NCBI GenBank assembly: GCA_030390025.1
Contig: CM059431.1
Coordinates: 146,942,001-147,006,000 of the forward strand
DNA: 64,000 nucleotides
Source of the DNA: Squalus acanthias
Taxonomy: Eukaryota
Direction of reading: 5' to 3'
Shown: positions 25,001-37,520 of the stretch, piece after piece
Position numbering within the stretch: the stretch's first letter is position 1
How the letters are laid out: every line of letters starts with the position of its first letter
Made by a program: the position numbers and the translations under genes
The notes under the pieces: model-generated
What the model saw: only the letters and a program-made list of their open reading frames with translations
Database searches by the model: none
What the model was told of the DNA's origin: nothing

Positions 25001-26915
25001 GAGCTGCCAGTCCTGCCCCTCCCTCAACCATGTCTCTGTGATAGCAACAATATCTTACTCCCATGTGTTCATCAACACCTTCAATACATCTGCCTTACTC
25101 GCAAGACTCCTTGCATTAACATAAATGCCATCCAGCCTTGCCGTACTCCTTTGTGCCGTTCCATATTTGCTCGGCCTTCCAGGCGGACTTGTTTTTTCCT
25201 CTATATTTGGCTGTGCATCACTCCCTACTATAGCTTCACTCCCTAATATAGCTACACTCCCTATCCCATCCCCCTGCCAAGTTAGTTTAACCCACCCCCC
25301 CCCCCCGCCCCCCGCCAACAGTACTAGCAATCCTTCCCGCAAGGATGTTGGTCCCGTTCCGGTTCAGGTGGAACCCGTCCGACTTGTACAGGTCCCACCT
25401 TCCCCAGAAGCAGACCCAGTGATCCAGGAAACTAAAGCCCTCCCTCCTGCATCAACTCTTTAGCCACGCATTCATCTGCTCTATCCAGCTATTCCTATAC
25501 TCACTAGCACGTGGCACCGGGAGTAATCCAGAGATTACTACCTTTGAGGTTCTGCTTTTTAATCTGCTACCTACCTCCCTAAATTCTTGTTGCAGTACCT
25601 CAATCCTCTTTCTACCCATGTTGTTGGTACCAATGTGAACTACGACCTCTGACTGTCCGCCCTCCCCCTTCAGAATGCCCTGCAGCCATTCAGTGACATC
25701 CTTGACCCTGGCACCAGGGAGGCAACATAATATCCTGGAGTCACGTCTGCTGCCACAGAAACGTCTATCTGTTCCCCTTATCATAGAATCCCCTTTCACT
25801 ATTGCTCTCCCACTCTCTCTCCTCCCCTCCTGTGCATTTGAGCCAGTCGTAGTGCCACGGACTTGGCTCTTGCTGCATTCCCCTGAGAAACCTTCTCCCC
25901 CATCAGTATCCAAAACGGAAAATCTGTCGGAGAGGGAGATGGACCCCGGGGACTTCTGCACTACCTTCCTAGTTCTTTTACTCTGTCTGGTGGTCACCTA
26001 TTCCCTGTCTGCCTGTGCACACTTTACCTGCGGTGTGACCACCTTGTTAAACATGATGTCCACGAAGATCTCAGCTTCGCGGATGCTCCACAGTGACTCC
26101 AGTCGTAGCTCCAGCTCTGAAACGCGGATTTCGAGTAGCTGCAGCTGGAGACACTTCATGCACCTCTGTTCGCCCTTGACACCTAGAGTGTCCCTGACTT
26201 CCAACATAGCACAGGAGGAGCACTCCACGCTGCCGAGATGCCCTGCCATGTCCTACCCTTAATTTATTCCTTTTAAATTAAAGAATATTAAATACACTAG
26301 GGACCTTACTTCCCTTTAAATACTAATTACACTAAACTAGAGACCTTACTTTTACTTTAATGACTAGAATGTAGAAACACTGTAGAAATACTCACCGCTG
26401 GTTCTCTGTCCCCTCTTGTGCAGCTTTTTAGCTCCTGCTCTCCTGGAAGCTGACAAAGATGGAAAAAGAAAGGAACACTTCCCTCCCCGAACTCCCTCAC
26501 TCACCAAACTCGCAGTTTAACACTCTGTTCAGATCGGCACTCCGTGACAAGCAGCACTCTAGACTCGACTATTCCAATGGTCTCCTGGTTGGCCTCCCAC
26601 CTCACGCCCTCCATAAACAAGCTCATTTGAAACTCTGCTGCCCATATCCGAATTCCCATCAATCCTGTTTACCCATTCCCCATGTGCTACTTGACTCCCG
26701 GTCAGGCAACGTCTCGATTTAAATATTCGCATTCTTATTTTTGAATTTCTCCAGGTCCTCGCACCCTCGTTATCTCTGTAAACTCCTCCAGCCATACAAT
26801 CCACCGAGATAACTGCGCCTTTCGCGTCCCGGATTTACTTTGCTCCATCATTGCCGGCTGTGCTTCAGCTGCCAGGACGCTGACCTCAGGCATTATCACC
26901 CTAAACCATTCCCTC
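22100..26915 (+). mobile_element. L2 LINE fragment (22100-22250 and 26557-26915) split by a full-length CR1
   Basis: KSAYFHLCHVIRLHPCLSSSAAATLIRA continues as SRLDYSNGLLVGLP after the CR1, which is the typical L2 RT C-terminal order. Confidence 0.8.
22251..26556 (-). mobile_element. Near full-length CR1 LINE with 5' UTR, ORF1 (CxxC zinc finger, leucine zipper, SGNH esterase) and ORF2 (APE and RT); disrupted
   Basis: MAGHLGSVECSSC...CMKCLQLQLLEIRVSELELRLESL; KGDSMIRG; VVHIGTNN; VGDFNFP; SGVPQGSVLGP; KFAD. GACTC recurs at both junctions. Confidence 0.95.
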
Positions 26916-27470
26916 CCTTAACAGAAGGTTCACACCAAATGTGTCAAGTGTTTGGGCAGTTTACCCGGGGTATTGTGTGCTCTGAGAGGGGTACAGACTG
27001 TGAATAGACAGGAGATAATTTGTTATTGTTTCCTGACTTGTGCAGGTTATCCGGTGTATTGTATGCACTGAGAAAGATGATTTAAGATATCCAGAGTTTA
27101 GGCTGTGAGAAGGGTTTGATGAGTTTTGTTTGGTCAAGAGCCTTCGGAATTAAAATATTTTAATGGAATTCACTAAATTAATGCAGGAAACAGGCAGCAA
27201 TTAGCAATATAATTAATAATGGAGTGGATTGGAAGCCAGAAGTAAGAAGGTAAATCAGGGTACTTTTGTCACACATGGGGTAATAGATCGGGTGGAGCAG
27301 TTACCAGGGAAGGATAGCAATGGGGCAGTGTTTGACGGGGTAGGGACAATTGAACGTGTTTGTGTAGATACATGGATCGGAGGGGTAAGTGGGTCATCTC
27401 TATAACAGGGACCGGCTTATTTTCGGCCAAATATCCATTTTCACTACCTAATCGTTCTCCTTTTATAATG

Positions 27471-28180
27471 GGCCGGATTTTCCGACCTACACGGGTGCGT
27501 ACGAGGTGTGTAGTCACCCGTAGGGGACTCACAAGTCCCGGTTTTAGGCAGTAAAAGCACACGTGATGAAAACCGGCACTTGCCATCTGTCAAGATCCTC
27601 CTGGCCGGGAAAAGTGCCTCTGCAGGTGGAGAGTTGCGTTTTTTGCACAACATCGGCCCGCTGAAAGGCCATAGAATTCTTACGCCTGGTAAAAGCAGTG
27701 CTGGAGAATAGAAACATTACATTTCATAACTCATTTATAAATAAAAAATACTCTTCAAAAAGCGACGTTTATTTCTAGATCCAAAAAAGCATTTGTTTCC
27801 ACAAATTTTAATTAATAAAAAAATGTTTATTTAAATGGGATTGTAATTAATTTTAATTATGTAATTTAAAAAAAAATGTTTTTAATATTTTAGTGCGCTT
27901 TGAAATGTGATCCCCATTCATACATTGAGAGTTCCGTGCGTACAGACCTCTCAAAATATGATGGGGGATTCCACTTGCTGATTGTTTTACCTGGCCCACG
28001 TGATCCCAGGGGGGCTTGTGAACCACATGTGCCCCTGGGATACGGCTCCCAGCGCGGACCCGAAGAGGACCAGGATCGCAAGCCTCGGGATCAACAGAAC
28101 CAGCAGGTTGGTTCGTTTTATGTTTTTTTCCGATCGGAGCTATCCGCCCGCAGGAAGCCTCCAATCGGAAATTCAGGTTG
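27471..28180. mobile_element. Possible non-autonomous DNA transposon (MITE-like) with imperfect terminal inverted repeats
   Basis: Left end GGCCGGATTTTCCGA versus reverse complement of right end AACCTGAATTTCCGA. GC-rich subtermini around an AT-rich core. Confidence 0.35.
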
Positions 28181-28276
28181 TGTTTCAGAAATTGCGAAAA
28201 CAAATTTCAGCAGTTTTACATATTTGGTCATTGAATGTGATTTATAACAATCCTGTCATATCACCGATTAGAAACA

Positions 28277-29702
28277 GAAATGGGTTTTATGAAGGGGAAG
28301 TCATGTTTGACAAATTTGCTGGAGTTCTTTGTGGAAGTAACACATAGGGTGGATAAAGGGGGACCAGTGGATGTGTTGTATTTAGACTTCCAAAAGGCAT
28401 TTGACAAGGTGCCACACAAAAGATTATTGCTTAAGATAAGAAAATCACGGGATTGGGGGTGATATTCTGGCATGGATAGAGGATTGGCTATCTAACAGAA
28501 GGCAGAGAGTTGGGATAAATGGTTCATTCGCAGACTGGCAATCAGTAACTGGTGGTGTTCCGCAGGGGTCAGTGCTGGGTCCCCAACTCTTTACAACCTA
28601 TATTAATGATTTGGAGGAGGGGACCGAGTGTAACATATCAAAATTTGCAGATGATACTAAGATGGGAGGGAAAGTAGTGAGTGAGGAGGACATAAAAAAT
28701 CTGCAAGGGGACATAGACAGGCTAAGGAAGTGGGCAGAGATTTGGCAGATGGAAAACAATACTGGAAAGTGTGAGGTTATGCACCTTGGCAGGAAAAATA
28801 GTAGAGCAAGTTATTATCTAAATGGCAAGAAACTGGAAAGTACTGAAGTGCAAAGGGATCTGGGGGTCCTGGTGCACGAAACTCAAAAGGTTAGTATGCA
28901 GAAGCAGAAAGTGTTTAAGAAGGCCAATGGAATGTTGGCTTTCATTGCTAAGGGGATAGAATATAAAAGTAGGGAGGTATTGCTTCAGTTGTACAAGGTG
29001 TTGGTGAGACCGTACCTGGAATACTGCATACAGTTTTGGTGTCCATAATTAAGAAAATACATACTTGCTCTCGAGTCAGTACAAAGAAGGTTCACTCGGT
29101 TAATCCCGGGGATGAGGAGAGTTTGGGTAGATTGGGACTCTACTCATTGGAGTTCAGAAGAATGAGAGGCGATCTTATTGAAACATATAAGATTGTGAAG
29201 GGGTTGGATCGGGTGGATGCGGGGAGGATGTTCCCGATGATGGGTGGAACTAGAACTAGGGGGCATAGTCTTAGAATAAGGGGCTGCTCTTTCAAAACTG
29301 AGATGAGAAGGAACTATTTCACTCAGAGGCTGGTAGGTACATGGAATAGGCTGCCCCAAAAAGCTGTAGAAACTACATCATTACATAAATTTTAAACAGA
29401 AATAGACAGTTTCCTAGAAGTAAAGGGAATTAAGGGTTACGGGGAGCGGGCAGGAATTTGGACATGAGTCTAGGTTCGGATCGGTCATGGCCCTGTGGGT
29501 AGCGTAGCGGGCCCAGGAGCCGTGTAGCCTGATTCTGCTCCTATTTCGTGTGTCCAATTCTGTTAGGTTCAGGAGATGGTTCTGTGATAGTAGATTGGCG
29601 GTTAGGATCAGATCAGCCATGATCTTATTGAATGGCAGAGCAGGCTCGAGGGGCCAATTGGCCTACTCCTGCTCCTATTTCTTATGTTCTTATGTTCTTA
29701 TG
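28277..29702 (+). mobile_element. 5'-truncated CR1 (doubled-3'-module subfamily)
   Basis: GFMKGKSCLTNLLEFF, YLDFQKAFDKVPH, KFADDTKMGG; TTCTTATG tail. Confidence 0.95.
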
Positions 29703-32561
29703 AAATAGAACTATAGCCCACTTCACTCAGTGTAATGTTAGAGCAGAAAACATTTACAGTTAATTTGAAATGTTCTATCAATAATTATACACCGTTGTTT
29801 AATTTTGGTGTTAGTTTTCTATACTGCAGGTGTGGGAACCAATATATGTTCCGTTAGTCATTACATTGGTCTAAAGAGACACGTGAATTTAAGGACTATT
29901 CTTTGAGTAGATTAATGTTCGCCCTTTCACTGCAATTGGGAAGCTAGACAATAACCTCCTAGTCAGCCTGAACATTGGCCCGGATTTTGCTTTAATAATA
30001 ATGGTGAGACTTTCAGCGCTCGCCGTTATTACTGGGCAAAATTGATAGCAATTTATTGTGTCCGCAAATGCGCAGTTAAACGTGGAAATGCAGAAGATGC
30101 TGTCAGAGAGACCTGCTCTTCCACAAGAGGCGCTGTTGCAATCCTCGCCGATAGAGTCGGCATTGAAATCACTGCAGCGGCGTAAGCTTGGGGTACTTAC
30201 CCAGTAGTTCCACACTAAAGACGGCTGAAAGAGTTAGGGCTAATGTATTCAGGATTAATTGAGATTTAAACGGCGTAATAAGTGATAATTACTGCTGAAC
30301 AATCTCACTGGGCCTGAAAAAATAATTATAAATGTGTGGAGTCTCATACCCACAGCAGAAAATTAATGTTGCAGATTTAAATATATACATATTTATATTT
30401 ACTTTTTCTGTTTGTCTCTTTTATCTCTCTTCCTTAATCACACATATATTTCCCAACGTTATTTCATTTTCTGAATATGATATAAATTTAATTTAAATTT
30501 TCTGTTTGATAATTTCTGCTTTTGAATCTGCGCCTCTTAGTGAGGATCCTTCCATGTGACTGTTTGAAGAGCCTCGCTGATTCCTTCTCCTGCTCACAGT
30601 CCACAGATCCCCTGTAGAGGGCGCTGCGCTGGAAAAGATGACTGATGGCAGAAAGTCTGTGGTCGAAAGACGGTCAAATCTTTGTGGGCAGCTATCAACG
30701 CTCCTTTGACGCTGTTTCGTGATCCTGCCAGGTGTGTATGGGGTTTCACAGTGTATCAGGATCATGCCAGGTGTGTATGGGGTTTCACAGTGCATCAGGG
30801 ATCTTGCAGCAGTGTATGGGATTTGATAGTGTATCGGGATCATGCCAGATGTGTATGGGGTTTCAGTGAATCAGGATCTTGCCAGATGTGTATGGGGTTT
30901 CAGTGTATCCAGAACATGCCTGGTGTATAAAGGTTTTCATAGTGTATCAGGAACCTGCAAGGTGTGTATTGAGTTCCACAGGTTATCAGGATCCTGCCAG
31001 GTGTGCATGGAGTTTCTCAGTATATCGGGATCATGCAGGATGTGTTTGGGGTTTCAGTGTATCACGATACTGCCAGGTGTGTTTGGGGTTTCAGTGTATC
31101 AGGATAATGCCAGGTGTTATGTGGTCTCACAATGTATCGGGATCCTGCCAGATGTGTATGGGGTTTAAGTGTATCAAGAACCTGCCTGGTGTATATGGAG
31201 TTCCACATTCTATCAGGAACCTGCCAGGTGTGAATGGGGTTTCACAGTGTATCGGGATTCTGCCAGGTATGTATGGGGTTTCACAGTGCATCAGGAATCT
31301 TCCAGTTGTGTATAGGATTTCATAGTCTATCCGGATTCTGCCAGATGTGTATGGGGTTTCAGAGTGTATCAGGAATCTACCAGATGTGTATGGGGTTTCA
31401 GAGTGGCTCAGGATCCTGCCAGATATGTATGGGGGTTCACAGTGCATCAGGATCCTGCCAGATGTGCGAGGGGTTTCACAGTGTATCATGAACCAGACAG
31501 GTGTGTATGGGGTATCACAGTGTATCAGGATCCTGCCAGCTGTGTATGCGGTTTGACAGTGTATCAGGATCCTGCCAGCTGTGTATGCGGTTTCACAGTG
31601 TAACAGGATCCTGCCAGCTGTGTCTGCGGTTTGACAGTGTACCTGGATCCTGCCAGCTGTGTATGGCGTTTCACAGTGCATCAGGAATCTTTCAGTTGTG
31701 TATGGGACTTCATAGTTTATCGAGATTATGCCAGATGTGTATGGGATTTCAATGTATCAGGATCCTGCCAGGTGTGTATGGAGTTTCACCGTGTATCAGG
31801 ATACTGCCATGTGTGTATGGAGTTTCACCGTGTATCGGGATCATGCCAGGTGTGTATGGGGTTTCAATGTATCAAGACCCTGCCTGTTGTATATAGGGTT
31901 TCAAAGTGTATCAGGAATCTGCAAGGTGTGTATGGAGTTTCACAGTATTTTGGGGTCATGCCAGGTGTGTTTGGGGTTTCAGTGTATCAGGATACTGCCA
32001 ATTGTTATGGGGTTTCACTGTGTATCGAGATCCTGCCAGATGTGTATGTGGTTTCAGTATATCAACAACCTGCCTGGTGTATATGGAGTTTCTCATTGTA
32101 TCAGGATACTGCCAGGTGTATATGGGGTTGCAATTTGTATCAGGAAACTGCCAGGTGTGTATGGGGTTTCACAGTGCATCAGGAATCTTGCAGTTGTGTA
32201 TGGGATTGCATAGTGTATCGGGATCATGCCAGGTGTGTATGGGGTTACAGTGTATCTGGATCCTGCCAGGTGTGTATGGAGTTTCACAGTGTATCGGGAT
32301 CATGCCAGGTGTGTATGTGGTTTCAGTGTATCAGGTTCCTGCCAGCTGTGTATGCGTTTTGACAAGGTACCAGGTTCCTGATTGCTGTGTATGGGGTTTC
32401 GCAGTCTATCAGGATGCTGTCAGGTGTGTATGAAGTTTCATAGTGTATCAGGAACCTGCCAGGTGTGAATGCCTTTTCGCAGTATAACTGGATACTGCCA
32501 GGTGTGGATGGGATTTCACATTGTTTAGGGATCCTGCGAGATGTGTTTGGCGTTTTACATA

Positions 32562-33897
32562 TAAACATAGAAGATAGGAGCAGGAGTTGTCCATTTGGCC
32601 CCTCTAGCCTGTTCCGCCATATAAGGAGATCATGGCTGATCATCCAAATTCAGTTCCCTGTCCCTGCTTTCTCCCCATATCCCTTGATCCCTTTAGCCTT
32701 AAGAAATATATCAATCTCCTTCTGGAATATATTTAATGAAATGGCCTCAACTGCCTTGTGTGGTAGAGAATTACACAGGTTCACCACTCTCTGGGTGAAG
32801 AAATTCCTCCTCATCTCAGTCCTAAATGCCTTACCCCTTACCCTTAGACTGTGACCCCTGGTTCTGGACTCCCCGCCATCGGGAACATCCTTCCTGCATC
32901 TAGTCTGTCTAGTCCTGTTAGAAATTTATAAGTTTCAAAGAGATTCCCTCTCATTCTTCTAAACTCTCGCGAATGTAAGACTAATCGACCCATTCTCTCC
33001 TCATACTTCATTCCTGCCATTCCAGGTATCAGTCGGGTGAATCTTCGCTGCACTCTCTCCATGGCAAGAACATCCTTCCTCAGATAAGGTGAACAAAACT
33101 GCACACCATACCCATGGTGTGGTCTCACCAAGGTCCTGTTCAACTGAAGCAAGACATCCTTGCTCCTTTACTCGAAACCTCTCGCTATGAAAGCTAAAAT
33201 ACCATTTGCCTTCTTAACCGTCTGCTGCACTTGCATGCTTACATTCAGCGACTGGTGCACAAGGACACCCAGGTCTCGTTGCACTTTCCCTTTTCCCAGT
33301 CTATTGCCATTCAGATAATAATCTGTCTTCCTGTTTCTGCCACCGAAGTGGACAATCTCGCATTTATCCACATTATACTGCATTTGCCAAGCATCTGTCC
33401 AATCACCCAACCAGTTCAAATCATACTGGAGTTTCTCTGCATCCTCCTAATAAGCACACTCTCCCAACCAGCTTTGTGTCGTCTGCAAACTTGGAGATTT
33501 TACATCTAGTTCCCTCGTCTAGATCATTCATAGTTATTTTTAATAGCTGGGGACCTAGCACCGTTCCATTCGGTACCCCACTAGTCACTGCCTGCCACTC
33601 CGAAAAAAGCCCATTTATTCCAACTCTTTGCTTCCTGTCTGCCAACCAGTTCTCTATCCAAGACAGTACCTTACCCCAAATACCGTGTGCTTTAACTTTG
33701 CACGCTAATCTCTCATGCGGGACCTTATCGAAAGCCTTCTGAAAGTCCAAATACATCACATCCACTGGTTCTCCCTTATCTATTCTACCAGGTACATCCT
33801 CATAAAAAATCCAGTTGATTAGTCAAGCATGATTTACCTTTTGTAAATTATTGTTGACTTTGTCCGATCCTGTCACTGTTTTCCAAGTGCTCTGCTA
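32562..33897 (-). mobile_element. 5'-truncated CR1 (ATAGAAAC-tail subfamily)
   Basis: RT motifs in ORFs 33421-33765, 33168-33419 and 32844-33152. Confidence 0.93.
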
Positions 33898-33939
33898 AAA
33901 CATCTTTTACTTTGTATCGGGATCCTGACAGATGTTTTG

Positions 33940-36787
33940 AACATAAGAACATAAGAAATAGGAGCAGGAGTAGGCCAATTGGCCCCTCGAGACTGCTCCG
34001 CCATTCAATAAGATCATGGCTAATCTGATCCTAGCCGCCAATCTACTATAAGAGAACCATCTCCTGAATCTAACAGAATTGGACACACGAAATAGGAGCA
34101 GGATCAGGCTACACGGCTCCGGGGCCCACTCCGCTACCCACAGGGCCATGACCGATCCGAACCTAGACTCATGTCCAAATTCCTGCCCGCTCCCCATAAC
34201 CCTTAATCACCTTTACTTCTAGGAAACTGTCTATTTCTGTTTTAAATTTATGTAATGATGTAGCTTCTACAGCTTTTTGGGGCAGCATATTCCATGGACC
34301 TACCACCCTCTGAGTGAAGTAGTTCCTCTTCATCTCAGTTTTGAAAGAGAAGCCCCTTATTCTAAGACTATGCCCCCTAGTTCTAGTTTCACCCATCATC
34401 GGGGACATCCTCCCCGCATCCACCAAATTCAAACTCTTCACAATCTTATATGTTTCAATAAGATCGCCTCTCATTCTTCTGAAATCCACTGACTGGAGTC
34501 CCAATCTACCGAACCTCTCCTCATATGTCCATCCCCTCATCCCCGGGATTAACAGAGTGAACCTTTTTTTTACTGACTCGAGAGCAAGTATGCCTTTTCT
34601 TAAGTATGGACACCAAAACTGTATGCAGTATTCCAGGTACGGTCTCACCAATACCTTGTACAACTGAAGCAATACCTCCCTATTTTTATATTCTATCCCC
34701 TTAGCAATGAAAGCCAACATTCCATTGGCCTTCTTAATCCATCTGTCAAATCTCTGCCCACTTACCTGTCTAAGTCCCCTTGCAGATTTTTTATGTCCTC
34801 CTCACTCACTACTTTCCCTCCCTTCTTAGTATCATCTGCAATCTTTGATATGGTACACTTGGTCCCCTCCTCCAAATCGTTAATATAGATTGTAAAGTGT
34901 TGGGGACCAGCACTGACCCCTGCAGAACACCACTAGTTACTGATTGCCAGTCTGAGAATGAACCATTTATCCCAACTCTCTGCCTTCTGTTAGATAGCCA
35001 ATCCTCTATCCATGCCAGAATATTACCCCAATCCCGTGATTTTTCATCTTAAGCAATAATCTTTTGTGTGGCACCTTGTCAAATGCCTTTTGGAAGTCTA
35101 AATACACCACATCCACTGTTTCCCCTTTATCCACCCTGTATGTTACTTCCTCAAAGAACTCCAGCAAATTTGTCAAACATGACTTCCCCTTCATAAAACC
35201 ATGCTGACTTTGTCCTATTAAATTATGATTATCCAAATGTCCCGTTACTGTCTCCTTAATAATGGAATCCAAAATGTTACCTACCACAGATGTTAGGCTA
35301 ACCGGTGTATAGTTTCCAGCCTTCTGTCTACTGCCCTTTTTAAATAATGGTGTTACATTAGCAGTTTCCCAGTCTGCCGGGATCTTTGCTGAGTCGATGG
35401 AGTTTTGGAAAATTATTATCAATGCATCCACATTCGCTACCGCCATTTCCCTCAAGACCCTAGGATGTAAGCCATCAGGCCCAGGTGATTTATCCACCTT
35501 GAGTCCCATTATTTTACCAAGTACCACTTCCTTATTGATTTTGATTGTGTCTAGCTCCACCGCTGCCCCCCCCCCCCCTCCCCTATAGCCCCCTGTTTGT
35601 CCAGTGTTGGGATATTCTTAGTGTCCTCTACTGTAATGACTGATACAAAATATTCATTCAGTGTTTTTGCCATCTACATATTTCCCACCATTAATTTCCC
35701 GGACTCATCCTCTAAGGGACAAACATTTACTTTGCCCACCCTTTTTCTTTTTATATAACTGTAAAAAATCTTAATATCTGTTTTTATATTTTTTGCTAAT
35801 TTACTTTCATAATCTATCTTCTTTTTCTTAATCAATATTTTTGTTATTTCTGCTGTCTTTTAAAGTTTTCCCAGTTCTCTGTCCTCCGACTAGATTTGGC
35901 TACCTTAAAAGCCCTTGCTTTTAGTCGAATACTATCCTTAATTTCTTTATTTAGCCATGGATGACAGTCTTTTCTTTTACACCCTTTTCTTCTCAGTGGA
36001 ATATATATTTTTTGGAAGTTGTAAAATAACTCCTTAAACGTACACCACTGATCATGTATCGTCTTACACTTTAATCTATTTTCCCAATCCACTCTACTCA
36101 ATTCCGCTCGCATACCTTCATAGTCTCCTTTATTCAAGCTTAACTCGCTTGTTTGTGATCCAACCTTCGCACCCTCTAATTGAATATGGAATTCAACCAT
36201 GTTATGGTCACTCATTCCAAGGGGATCCTTTACTAGATCATTTTTAATTAATCCTGTCTCATTACACGGGACCAGATCTAAGGTTGCTTGCCCCCTGGTT
36301 GGTTCAGTTACATACTGCTCAAGATACCCATCCCTAATACACTCAATGAATTCATCCTCAAGCCAGCCCTGCCCCATTTGATTTGTCCAATTAATACGAT
36401 AGTTAAAATCCTGCATAATTATAGATGTTCCCTTATTACAAGCCTCAACTATTTTCTGATTGATACTCCCTCCAACAGAGTTACAGATGTTCGGAGGCCT
36501 ATAGACTATGCAAACTAGTGTTTTTTTCAACTTATTATTCCTTATCTCCACCCAAACTGTTTCATTATCCTGATCTTTTGACCCAATATAATTTCTCTGT
36601 ATTACAGTGATTCCTTCCTTTATTAACATAGCCACCCCACCTCCCCTTCCTTCCTGCCTGTCCTTCCTGATCGTTAAATAACCTGGCATGTTTAATTCCC
36701 AGGCATTGTCACCCTGCAGCCATGTTTCTGTAATGGCCACAAGATCATACCCATATGTAGTTATTTGTGCCATTAAATCGTCTATTT
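33940..36787 (-). mobile_element. CR1 ORF2 (APE and RT), 5'-truncated, with an internal deletion near 34740
   Basis: YDLVAITETWL, SDHNMVEF, KSPGPDGLHPRVL, YLDFQKAFDKVPH; TAAGAACA tail. Confidence 0.95.
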
Positions 36788-37436
36788 GTGAGGTTTCACA
36801 GTCCACAGGATCCTGCAAGGAATGTAATGGGTTTCAGTGTATCAGGATCCTGCCAGCTGTGTATGGGGTTTCATAGTGTAGCAGGATCCTGCCTGCTGTG
36901 TTAGGGGTTTCCCAGTGTACCAGGAACCTGCCAGGTGTGCATGGGATTTCACAATATGTCAGGATCCTGCCAGGTGTGTATGGGGTTTCTCAGTGTTTCA
37001 GGATCCTGCCAAGTGTGTAAGCTGTTTCACAGTGTATCTGGATCCTGCCTGGTGTGTATGGGATTCCACAGTGTATCAGAATCCTGTCAGGGGTGTAAGG
37101 AGTTTCACTGTGTATCAGAATCCTGATGTGGAGTAAAATTAAATACCTCTGTTGGACTATAACCTGGTGTTGTGCGACTTCTCATTTTTATCAGAATCCT
37201 TTCAGATATGTAAGGAGTTTGACAGTGTATCAGGATACTGTCAGGTGTGTAAGGAGTTTCACTGTGTATCAGAATCCTGTCAGGTGTGCAAGGAGTTTTA
37301 TTGTGTATCAGAATCCTGTCAGGTGTGTAAGTAGTTTCACTGTGTATCGGAATCCTGTCAGTTGTGTAAGGAATTTCACTGTGTATCAGAATCCTGTCAG
37401 GTGTGTAAGGAGTTTCACTGTTTATCAGGATACTGG

Positions 37437-37520
37437 ATAAGGAGCAATCGATAGCTCCGAAAGCTTGTGATTTCAAATAAAACTGTTGGACTATAACCTG
37501 GTGTTGTGCGACCTCTCAAT
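37437..37520 (+). mobile_element. Short Penelope-like/SINE terminal fragment; a second partial copy lies at ~37135-37185
   Basis: GGAGC-loop-GCTCC-GAAAGCTTGTGATTTCAAATAAAACTGTTGGACTATAACCTGGTGTTGTG. TGTTGGACTATAACCTGGTGTTGTGCGAC is present in both inserts. Confidence 0.5.

Noticed and set aside
14782..26556. Active, intact LINEs or a domesticated RT/esterase gene
   Set aside because: Both near-full-length CR1s have several stops and frameshifts in ORF1 and ORF2.
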